Source of the DNA: Bugula neritina
Lineage: Eukaryota; Animalia; Bryozoa
Direction: 5' to 3'
Assembly (NCBI GenBank): GCA_964035545.1
Contig: OZ037773.1
Location: 1,641,751-1,705,750 of the forward strand
Length of the DNA: 64,000 bases
The notes under the pieces are model-generated. The model worked only from the letters and a program-made list of their open reading frames with translations. It searched no databases and was not told the origin of the DNA. A program made the position numbers and the translations under genes. This document shows, piece by piece, positions 28,018 to 39,222 of this stretch (position 1 is the stretch's first letter; each line of letters starts with the position of its first letter).

Positions 28018-31000
28018 CAACACTGTGGTGAGGTGAACATGGCCGTGTGGTAGGTATTGGAGTATGTGTAAATAACAGGGTTGGGGTAATTGTAATTTGT
28101 AATTGTAATTGGTTGTAATTAATTACACTTTTTGAAGTATGAAAATCTTATGTTTCTAAAATGCAATGGACATTTGTAAAAGAAACAAATAAACTCTTTA
28201 TTAATATCAAGTAAAACAGTTGATGTAAATTTTGTGAATACAAATAATTGTTACTAATGTTGTGGCTAATAAAATTAAGAAAACTATGAAAATATATGGT
28301 TATTCTTTCTGGTTTGGTGTCAAAGTAATTGTAATTAAATACATAACATTGTAATTGTAGTTAATTACATTAATTTTCAGCTGTAATTGTAATTGACAAA
28401 TTCCAACGTAATTGTAATTATCTACATTCATACGTAATTGACCCCAACCCTGGTAGATAATGTGATGTGTTAGACAGTATAGTGTGGTAGACAATGTAGT
28501 GTGATGTGGTAGACATGGAGGTGTGGTGAACATTGTTGTGAGGTGAACATTGTGGTATGGTAAGTAGGTATTGTGGTGAAGGTGAACATTTTAGTTATAC
28601 TCTGTGTGTATAGAGAAGAGAAAAGATTGGCAAACCATGGCAACCAGAAGAGGTCAAAAATCCTCCAAGGAAATCATTGATATCTCGCCAGGAAACTGTT
28701 GTGCAGCCAATGAAAGGTAAGATACAAATAGCTTCAGTAGAACCCAGCCAATAAAAGGTAAAAACACAAATAGCTCCAATATAATCCAACCAATAAAAGG
28801 TAAGAACACAAATACCTTCAACGTAATCCAACCAATGAATGGTAAGATACCAAAAGCTTTAGCCTGCTGTTGCGTTTTAGGTATTGAGTTTGTTCACCCG
28901 GTAGACGCTTATTATTGTCTTTTGTGTAACTTCTTTGGGGGAGATCGGGCTACCTTGGAGCATCACCTTAAGTCAGCAGAACACCACAAGCAGTATGAGG
29001 TATGAGTCACTGTTGTTAGTATATGATTATATGATATGAGTCACTGTTGTTAGTATATGATTATACAATATGATTCACTGTTGTTAGTATATGATTATAT
29101 GATATGAGTCACTGTTGTTAGTATATGATTATATGATATGAGTCACTGTTGTTGGTATATGATTATATGGTACGAGTCACTGTTGTTAGTGTATGATTAT
29201 ATGGTATGAGTCACTGCTGTTAGTATATGATTATATGATATGGGTCACTGTTGTTAGTATATTATTATATGATATGAGTCACTGGTGTTAGTATATGATT
29301 ATATGGTATGAGTCACTGGTGTTAGTATATGATTATACAATATGAGTCACTGTTGTTAGTATATGATTATATGATATGAGTCACTGTTGTTATATGATTA
29401 TATGGTACGAGTCACTGTTGTTAGTGTATGATTATATGGTATGAGTCACTGCTGTTAGTATATGATTATATGATATGAGTCACTGTTGTTAGTATATGAT
29501 TATATGATATGAGTCATTGTTGTTAGTATATGATTATATGATATGAGTCATTGTTGTTAGTATATGATTATATGATGAGTCACTGTTGTTAGTATATGAT
29601 TATATAATATGAATCGTTGTTTAGAACCACTTGACGGAGAACCCGATGTATGAGAGGCGTTACAAGGTTGACAAGGAGGCGGGGCTACAGAAAGCTAAGA
29701 AGTTGGAACAGAAGAGACAGGAAGAGCAAGAACGTCTGCGCGCAGCAGAGAGGGAGGAGGAAGAAAGACGGCGGGAGGCGATCAAAAGAAAAGAGAAAGA
29801 AAAGCAGGAAGTAGGTTTAGTTTTCAAGCCAGACTATTGTGAGACGGTGGTTCTTAGGCTAGACTATTGTGTGGCAGTGGTGCTCAGACTAGACTACTGT
29901 ATGGCGGTATGGGGAAACAGGAAGTAGTTGTGGTTCTTAAGTTATACTGCTAGAATTCCAAGCCAATCATAATTTTGTAGGAAGAAGAAAAGCGAAAAAG
30001 AGAGAAATTGTTGAAGATCCAAGCGAAGAAGAAGGCAGAGGTGTTGGCTATCACGAGAGGCGGGGATGATGACGATAGTGAGGATGTCGTCGAATTGGTT
30101 GATGAGTCTGATGAGAAGCCGATGAATGAGACGCCACAGGAGGTCTGTACAATTACTTCTATACTGCTAGTCCTGTAGTTGCAATGATCTCTATGCTGGT
30201 AGTTCTGTATTAGCAATGATCTCTATACTGGTAGTCCTGTAGTCGCAATGATCTCTAGTCCGGGAAACGTGTATTCTGCAGCGTATCAAGAGAGAGCTGC
30301 TGGAGAAGATGAGAGCCAAGAAGGCGCAGACGGCTGAAGATCAGAAACGACTTGACACCGAGTCTGCCATTGCCAAGGCCAACAGACTGGCACAGGAGGC
30401 AAGGAAAGCTCAAGAAAAGGTTGGTTTAAAATATCCTGTATTAAATTATCATACAACTGTACGATACATACTGATGTATCATGTAACTGTACGATATATA
30501 CTGATATATGTATGATATATATGTATCCTATATACTGATATATCACTTAAATGGAAGGTATATACTGCTATATCATATATATGTATAGTATATACTGATT
30601 TCTACTTTATCTGCAGGTGAAAGCTAAGGCAGCTGAGATAGAGAAGTCAGTGTATGGACCAAAGCAGGAAGAGGACACTTTACCTCCTCCTGGAGTTTTC
30701 CTCTCGCAGGTATGTGACTCAACTTTGCTCTCTGCAGTTGATATCTTCACTTTATAATACAAGTTTTATTGCTTTTCAATATCTTCATTTGTATGCTGGG
30801 ATGTTGTAGCCTGTGGCCCCTGCTGCTCAGAAAGTTGCTGCTACTGAGAGTTCCCAGACTTCTACCACTCAGGTATGTGTAATAGTGCTGTAGGTTACAT
30901 ACTTCACTATCTAAAGATGCGTTTATGCCTTCGCTGGAAAAGCTACCGAGTTTCAGTTCTACTCATTCAAGTACCCCTTTATAGTTTTACTGAAACTCAT

Positions 31001-32887
31001 TGAAATCTTTTCTTTCTAATGATTGCTTAATCGCTATTTGGTACCCTCTGAAGAGTAATGAATTTGTAAAGTCATCAGCATAAACTTGATCATAGAGAAA
31101 GTGGAGCTGATATAATAATAAACATGGAACTTTCACTTGGACTGCTGAAGCTTTATTTAATCGTTAAGTGAGTCATCTAGTCGCCAAAGTGATACTTGAA
31201 TGCTGATATCTACAAGCATGTGTCATTCCCTTTGATTGATGCTCTGAGATCGGCCAATCAAGTTGTCACAGTACAGAAATTTTGGCTTTTACCATGCAAT
31301 GCAACTTCCAACTTGGCCAAATTGAATTTCTGACAGGAAAGGCATAATCGCATCTTTAAAGTTGTAGCTTAGCTTCAATCCTACCACACTGAGAGGAGGA
31401 GTTTGTAACAGCGAGTCATGTATCTCATGTTTTAATTTGGTCTGTATATTTCATATCGTGTAGGCAAACAGTGTCAGTCAAGCTGCGACCTCCGCCAATG
31501 TCACTTCTACCATCTCTCCATTTGTACAGAAGATGATGGAGATGGAGGAAAAGGGGGAGATAATCACTACTGCTTCTGTGCAGAAGGCAGCAGCTGCTAA
31601 ACGGCAGGCGAATGCTGGTTAGTCAGCAAATCTGTATCTTACAGTTAGTGTGTTACTCAGCAGTAGTAAACTTATTACCTGTCTCTCAGTGTGTTACTCA
31701 GCAGTGGTAGACTTATTACCTGTCTCTTGCTCAGTCAGTGTGTTACTCAGCAGTTGAATGCTACACAAGCAACGGTTTAGTTATCTTCTCTCATATTTTG
31801 TAGGTGTGATGGGACCACCAGCTGTTTCAGGGGGACCACCAGGTGTATCAGGGGGTCTTCCAGGTGTTCCAATGAGTCCACAAATCAGATCGATGGGTCC
31901 TGCTGCTGGTCCCATGAACTCATCCATGATGCAAGCAAGGCCTGTCCGGCCACAAATGGGACCACAAGGTTATTGGCCGCCCAGACCGATGATGAGACCA
32001 GTTCCCATGATGCAGCAGCAGGCTGTGCCCATGCAGAGTGCTGCCAACCGGATGATGATGCGACCGCAGCCCATGATGGCAAGTGGTCACATGGTTCCTC
32101 CCATGATGCATAGCGGTCCAATAAGACACCCTCACATAATGCAGCAGACCTACAACCAGACTGGTCCTATGGTGCATGCTCAGCCTCAGTACCACCGTGC
32201 AGAGATGGAGCCTGATCTCGCCCCTCCCGGCACAACCCCTACTCCAGTAAGCTCTCAGTCTAAGCCAGTAGAAAGGAGTCAGGAAGAAGATAGCGATGAC
32301 TCGGATGACTCTAGCAGCTCAGACGACACAGATGACACAGACAATACAGGTATATCTGTGTATTACACTTGCTATTCTGTGGATTATATCTAATATATCT
32401 GTGGATTACAATTGTATTCTGTGCATTACACTTGGCATATTTGTGGATTACACCTAATACATCTGTGTATTACACTTGGTATTTCTGTGGGTTACACTTG
32501 TTATTCTGTGGATTATACCTAGTATTTTGAGGATTGCACTTACTACTTTGTTTTCTACTTGCAGGCGAACACTCCTTTTCCGTCTCCAGTATTCTCTCTC
32601 AATTCGCCGCAGATCCTCAGGCTAAACTCTCAGTTTCCACTAACAAGAGATCTGACGTAGTCAGCATCTCGTCTCTTTCTTCTGCCAACTCTAGTCAAGT
32701 TTCTGCTGTCACAACCACCAGTTCAACTCCTACTTTGACTGGTGCTAGTACTGGTAGTAGTACCACTGCCGATGCCACCGGTAATGACGGTAAACTCAAG
32801 GGCATCGAAGCAGATCTTGAAACTGACAACATGGAAAACATGACTTTTACAGTCATTGACTCAGTTGGGGATGAGACCATAAGCTAG
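20162..32887 (+). CDS. ZNF318: ZNF318-like matrin-type zinc finger protein with RS-like repeat and Pro/Met/Gln-rich region
   Basis: Exons 20162-20279, 20481-20818, 20932-21382, 21543-21739, 22024-22198, 22309-22813, 22926-23257, 23468-23534, 24760-24842, 25159-25326, 25539-25657, 26018-26167, 26305-26469, 27717-27950, 28614-28716, 28881-28999, 29625-29810, 29981-30142, 30282-30419, 30617-30709, 30810-30872, 31464-31617, 31804-32349, 32565-32887 join in frame. ZNF318-like motifs: PKSILKK, DEDDFLYG, EYYDPGTHWCKSCN..HLQTSSH, KPW, PMKGIEFVHPVDAYYCLLCNFFGGD..HLKSAEH, ENPMYERR..DKEAGL. Confidence 0.85.
22431..22635 (+). repeat. Coding 24-bp repeat (RSPPRKRS) x ~8
   Basis: Within exon 22309-22813. 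Synonymous variation between units. Confidence 0.9.
25369..25520. repeat. 33-bp minisatellite, ZNF318-like intron
   Basis: acactacccacaatgccctgtgctgctaacaat, about 5 copies. Confidence 0.9.
26503..27685. repeat. 20-bp minisatellite filling a ZNF318-like intron
   Basis: agtatgtcacatgactactg, about 59 copies with recurring variant units (higher-order structure). Confidence 0.95.
28076..28452. mobile_element. hAT-type MITE
   Basis: TIRs cagggttggggt(c)aatt / aattgaccccaaccctg. Internal gtaatt repeats. 8-bp TSD gtaaataa/gtagataa. Confidence 0.85.
28704..28860 (+). repeat. ~42-bp repeat x4 spanning an exon end and 5' splice site
   Basis: ca(g/a)ccaat(g/a)aa(a/t)g|gtaa units at ~28704, 28745, 28787, 28829. 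Confidence 0.85.
29000..29624 (+). repeat. 34-bp minisatellite comprising an entire intron
   Basis: tatgagtcactgttgttagtatatgattatatga, about 18 copies, running from donor GTATGAG to acceptor. Confidence 0.9.
30915..31355. mobile_element. Kolobok-like MITE
   Basis: ctaa|agatgcgtttatgcct ... aggcataatcgcatct|ttaa: AG-start TIR with TTAA-like target. Confidence 0.6.
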
Positions 32888-35800
32888 ACTATGATCCTAG
32901 TTTTAGTCATACTGATAACTGAATAGCCTGTAGGGAACTGAGGCTCGAGTAGATGTACATATAAATAGTTAGTACAGTAACAGTTAGTCTAGTCTAGTAG
33001 TCTAGTTACATATGCAGTAGTTGTGTTTAGTATGTAAATACATTTTCTTGTGCAACAAATACAGTTATCATACTTCTTTTAACATCTATTGCTTTATTTG
33101 TATGGAAATTCACAAGACTTTGTAAACCAAAGTTAATCCTTCAAGTATTTTAGCTCCAGAACACTGGGTGCTTCAGTGTTTTAATGTTTATATTATCTGT
33201 ATTTTTACTTTAAAATTGCATACATACAGGGAGATGATCTAGGAGTGTATTTGAAGAAAATGATCAGTGGTAACAATGCCTTGAAGTTTTTTACTTGTTC
33301 TTACCATATGCAATCTTGCAAAGCTACCAATGCCTAAATTTGGCAAAGCGTCACTCTTGTAGATGATCCAAATTAATACATAGAGTACAAAGTAACAGCA
33401 CGGTATTGTTGAGAACTAAGTACTAACCATGTAAGCACAACTGATGCGAGTGAACGTTTAGTGAAAGCAGGTGTTCGACAATGGTAGCAACACACGAGAC
33501 AAAAAATATGCTGCTTTTGGCCCATTGCATTCGGTTTTATGGAGAGGATAAATCTTTGGAGTCTGCGTACAGCTGCCGCCCTATAACGTACCACTTTGAA
33601 TGATGTTGCCGTGCTTCGCATCATGGTTACCGACAACACAACCTATAACTCAAATAGACCAAGCAAGTTTTATTAAAAATAATTTTGTTTATAATAAAAA
33701 AGTTATTTAATTCAACAATTGACTTTATTTAATACCAACTACTCAACCGATTGCTGGGAATGTAGTGAATGCGAAATCAAACTACATTATACTGGTAATA
33801 AATAACGTATCCGGTATAAGAAATTTGAATTGGGTACGTAGCAAAAAAGTAGTCGTCAGCGTTTCTTATGATTACAATCATGATGTAATTCGTATCATCA
33901 GCTAAGTGATCTGATAATTTTTGGAAATACTGTCATTCATTGAAATCATGTTAACATATATCAACGGCATGCCTTCTGCATTGGCTTTGACTTTGAGTCA
34001 GAATCCGAAGTTTAAAAGATATGCCAAAGTGAAAGTGAAAGTCAATCTCAATAATATGAATGTCAATATGATTTTGATTAAGTTTGTTATTTATATTAGT
34101 ATTTGTATTTGTTTTTATTGCTAGCTTTTGTCAGGAAACAGGAAACTGTAATGACTATAACCTAGTCGTAGCAGTAGTAGTGGTAGTAGTACTAGTAGGC
34201 CTAGTAGTAGTGGTACTACGTCTACTACTAATACCAGTAATACTAATAGTAGTACTAGTAGTCATTGAACTATAAGTGTATAACTATAGTTTCAGTTCAT
34301 TGGTAGTAGTACTGAGTATTACTATTAGTGTTACTAGGGTCAAGGCTATATTAGTACTATTAGTATTACTAATACTTACAGTTGTACTATACTTATACTA
34401 ATAGTATTACATTAATCCTAATTGTATTGCTATTAGTATTACTAGTACTATTAATAAATACTATGTCTATTAGTAATGGTTATATTTATAGTGATAGTGA
34501 TACTAATAGTAATACTACTAGACAATAGTAAATAGTAATACTAATAATAATAGTATTACTGTAAGTGTAATAGTAATAGTAATAGTCACCACAGCATTAG
34601 TAAAATAATTAGTATTTCACTATAAGTATAACTATTATACTTATAGTAAAATACTTTTACATTTCATTTTACTTTTAGTAATTTACTAGCATGACTACTA
34701 TTAATATCACTGTTGCGATTATATTTATATTGTAAAATTAGGTTAACTTTTGCTATTACATTTTAACTTGAGTATAACTATTTACTTTTAGTATTTAATA
34801 TGATGAGATTAGGTTAATATACAACTCATATTCATACTGATGCTTAGAGTAATAGTAATACTACGCTTATAAGCTTTGCCATTAGACTAGTAGAATAAAA
34901 GTACTGGAAAGTGTAAGCACTAAGCACTCATATTCATAGCTACAAGTATACCATGTAACTGAGTTTTTGCTGAGGAAGAGTCTCATCAGACTTAGTGAAT
35001 GATTTATTTTAAGCTTCACCTTGTTACATGGGAACTGTTAGTTATTTTAGTCACCAAATAATAATATAATATTGTAGCCTACGGGAATCAATGTATCGAT
35101 AGGTTCAAATTTTCTTGGCTTTGAGGTAGCTCTAGCTCCTGTCTCAATCTGTAGTGAAAGTTAAGCTGCCGGTCTGGTGGTGCTGTGCAGTCTAGGATCC
35201 TGGGCTGAGCACTCACTAGTACACCCTAATGCATTCTTATAAAGTTTTTTAACTCATTCACAATCTCTCAGTATGCACGCTAGTTCTTTATGTTCAGAAG
35301 CTCTGTCTCCACGTAGACTCTGTATATACAGCTTCTACTCTACTCCACACATACTCTCTTATATACTTGTTAAATTCTTCTCAGTAATCATATAGACTAT
35401 GCTAACACTTTATACTATTGCAGCTTGATTTACTTACATAAGGTTCTGCTCTCTATGCATATAATAGCAAGGGAGAATAACTGAACCATTCAAAACTATG
35501 ATATAACAATCTTGGCAATGGTATTGGTCTGAATAGCTAATTTAGAATCTCTAGAACAGTAAATAAACTACTGATTCTATTATTAACCTTTATACTGAAT
35601 TCAACCATCTTCAAATGTAATCTAATGTGTACAATGCACTATTATCATAAATATGTTGATATTATGAACTTGAACTTAAATATGGGCCTACTGATCATGG
35701 TTATAGTAATAATTTTATTGTCAGTATAATTGTAGATAATTATACTATATAAAGTAATGTAATATTTGGTAATTGTCTTCTCATGATTCACACTTTTACT

Positions 35801-36319
35801 GGTAAGGTTGCTCACTATAACTGTGGGTCTTAGAAAATTATTTTAGCTATAAACATAACTATAAGGACACTAATCAAGCGCACATGGCATGATGGTAGTT
35901 TGAATCATAGAATTATTAATGTTTTAATGGTTAATTTTTCAAATTTTATGTGTTATTCAATTTTACATTGGTTATGTAAAAATCTCATTTTAGTACTGAG
36001 TAGTAAGAGTTGCCTATAGCTTATAACTTCCCCCCAAAGTAGTAAAGTAAGTGCTTACGACCTTAAAGACTAAAACCACAATATTATACTTCAAATTACT
36101 AGAATATCAGCTAAAATATTTCAATACAATCGATGACATTTTTTTAGTTTTTCTTAACCTAAATTTATCTATCTCTGTCTTCAAAATTGTAATGAAAGTT
36201 CAGAAATTGCAAAAAAGTGCAACAGTTAAGAATTGTAAGAAGGTTTTTAAAATTTTTTTTAATTTACAATTACTCAAAGTTATTTTTATCCTTTTTTCAG
36301 GCTTAGCATGGCTGTAACT

Positions 36320-36605
36320 TACTAGTGATTCTAAGAGTGAGTGTAACTCATCAGTGATACTAAGAGTGAAAGTAACTCATCAGTGATACTGAGAGTGAAA
36401 GTAACTCATCAGTGATACCGAGAGTGGGAGTAACTCACTAGTGATACTGAGAGTGGGAGTAACTCATCAGTGATACCGAAAGTGGGAGTAACTCATCAGT
36501 GATACTAAGAGTGAGTGTAACTCATCAGTGATACTGAGAGTGAAAGTAACTCATCAGTGATACTGAGAGTGGGAGTAACTCACTAGTGGTACTGAGAGTG
36601 ATTGA
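36320..36605. repeat. 29-bp minisatellite
   Basis: taactcatcagtgatactgagagtg(a/g)(a/g)ag, about 10 copies. Confidence 0.9.
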
Positions 36606-37092
36606 TACTGAGTCATATGTTAGTGTTACTGTGTAGTCAGTAGTGTGTACTCATAATCTCGCACTACTAGTAATTTAGTGGAAACTTTGACTCTTGTTTA
36701 TTAACATAAAACTTTTTTGGCTTTACAGTTTTATCTCCATTTACCAGCAAACTATTCGACAAACATCTAAACTTGCCAGAAATACTATTTTTAAACAGTT
36801 TTGAATTAAGTATTAAATATAAAATTTTAGGCACATCTTGCCATATTTGAGTTTCTTGTCACAGGTATAATTTTATCATATAAAAGGTATAAGTGGTATA
36901 AATTTAATTTTCATACTTTTGAAGATCTCTGTGTTCAATGTGACATATCAAGCTGTTGTGTCTACAAGCAAAACACTTCATCCTAATTATTGCCATCTTT
37001 ATGATTGTTTTTGCCTTTACTTAATCAATACTCTTGTTTCGTGATGGTAAATTGTGTTTTCATTTGACATGCAGCTAAAGCACCTGCTCCAA

Positions 37093-38339
37093 ATGCCGGG
37101 GCTGTGTGGTGAAATGAAGTTCCGACAGAGAATGGCCTGGCTCGGGGTGCTGCTCTACATAGCAGCTACAGCCTTCTTCTTCTATTACCTGTTTGAAATT
37201 AGCGACACTTTCAATGCCTATGCCTTAGACCACATTCACCATTACCATACAAAGGTAGGGACACTTTCACCTGCTATCAATAGATTGTTAACAGGAATTA
37301 GCTACTTGAATTTGTTTGTTTTTAAAAATGGTAAAATTCCGGCCACACACTCATGAAAATCACACGAAAGTCGTGTGAATATTTTCGTGAGTTATCCTCT
37401 CGTTATTGACCAGCCACTCGTTCCTCGGACAAAACGCATAATAAATAGTCCGGGTAAATGGGTCTTGCACGAGATAAAAACAGTAGAAGATTGCCAGACA
37501 TGGAATTGTGGTAGAACTGAAATAATCACTGTTGCTAAAAGTCTATTGATCAACCAAGTGGTGCTTATCACCAATTGCACTCTTTTATTCATCTTCTTTG
37601 GTGGGTGCACCCAGCAAACACGATTTCCTATTAATTATCTCAAATTTGATGTTCTATCTTTTCATGTGAAACTGACAATTTTCATGAGTGTGTGGCCGGG
37701 CCTTAGTGAAAATTCTCACGAAGCCTTTTTTGTGAAAAATCTCTGAATTTTCAGTGTACTGGCTGATAGTAGAAACATATTATTAACCTGTCAGTGTGTG
37801 TATCAGTATGTGTCAATATGTGCCAGAGTGTGTATCAGTATGTGTCATTATGTGTCAGTGTGTGTCAAAATATGTCAGAGTGTGTCAATATGCGTCAGTG
37901 TGTATCAATAAGTGTCAGTGTGTGTCATAGTGAGTCAGTGTGTGTGTCAATATGTGTCAGAGTGACTCAGTGTGTGCCAATATGTGTTAGAATGTGTCAA
38001 TATATGCTCAGTCATGCTAAAGTGACTCATCATTGTTGACAGGGTTCCAACAGTCAGTCCAAAGATGGTGACACCAAGGAAGGCCATGACGCTGTGCTAC
38101 ATACGTTCAGTCATGTGCTTGATATTCCTAAACCGCTAATAATCACAGTAATCACTCTACTATACCTGCAAATATTCTTCACTCTGTTGGCTTGTACAAA
38201 GCAGGAGCCCAGATTCTCTATAGCGTATGCCTGGCCTGCCTATATCTACGCCAAACTGTGTCATAGACAGTCTGCTGCCCAGAGCAGCTTCAACTCAACT
38301 CCGAGCAAACTGGAGCAAGCTGTGACAGCGGCAGCATGA
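37093..38339 (+). CDS. LYSET: Lysosomal enzyme trafficking factor LYSET / TMEM251 (GCAF)
   Basis: Exons 37093 (or ATG 37114)-37254 and 38043-38339. MKFRQRMAWLGVLLY..FYYLFEISDTFNAYALDHI and YLQIFFTLLACTKQEP match the TMEM251 pattern (MNFRQRMGW..YYVFEISETYN..LEHI; YLQMF..SCTRADP). Two hydrophobic segments. Confidence 0.9.
37335..37702. mobile_element. PIF/Harbinger-like MITE in LYSET intron
   Basis: 22-bp perfect TIR core ccggccacacactcatgaaaat (from 37339) / attttcatgagtgtgtggccgg (to 37699). TAA/TTA flanks. Confidence 0.7.
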
Positions 38340-39222
38340 GTCATGTAGTCTCAGCTGACTACAAATTCCTTTACAATCATCCTTCATTTGTAATATATTT
38401 CTTGTAACTTATATATGTTTATGCGCGTCATATTTTGTACATTGGTGTACAAAAGTAGGAGTTGGCTTGCTTTCATGCAAGATTGTTAAATGATAAGACA
38501 ACTCTAACACATGTCTAGTATATGGAATATGATTCTTACGTTGAGCTAATATTATATGCTCCATACACTGATGTCTATTTCTACTTGCTTCTTACTCAGT
38601 AAGAAAGTGAAAGTTAGTCTGAATTGATATCTAAGCTGCACTGATTACTTTTGTATAATTTTCTGGGTAAGGATACTTGCGCGTCAAGTACTGGGTTTGA
38701 ATTATTCTTTTGTAATATTTTAAATTCACACGCTAAACTTTATAATTTAAAATCAATCATTCACTTTGCACTGTTTAGCAATTCCTTTAGTCTGAATTGC
38801 TGTATGCAAACATCAAATGGTAGACATTTTCTTTTATAATCTCAATGAATCGGTATTTATTTATCTGTTAATATAATATGTGTATATCTCTAATAATATC
38901 ATCTCCAGTAATATGACCCCAGTCTTGTATCTAATAATATTTCTGTTGCATTATTTCTCATTGAAGCACAGTTAAGAAGATATGTTTGTCTTTCTAACTG
39001 TACATTGTACATTTTACATTGTACGGCGTGTGTACTGTGTAATGCACAATTCCTGGGTTCATCAATCTATACCCTAAGTATTCGGTAGTTGTCCTCCCTC
39101 TCATATATATGATTGTTGACAATTGAGTGCATTGTTGGTTGTGAGCTCAGTACACAACTACATACAACACTGAGTTCATGATCACACAGTCGCTGTTGCC
39201 ACATACTACTGTGTGAACTAAA

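Noticed and set aside
33373-33660. Minus-strand 88-aa ORF, possible ncRNA or RFX X-box (gttaccgacaac)
   Set aside because: No recognisable protein or snRNA/snoRNA signature. More likely promoter sequence, but support is insufficient.
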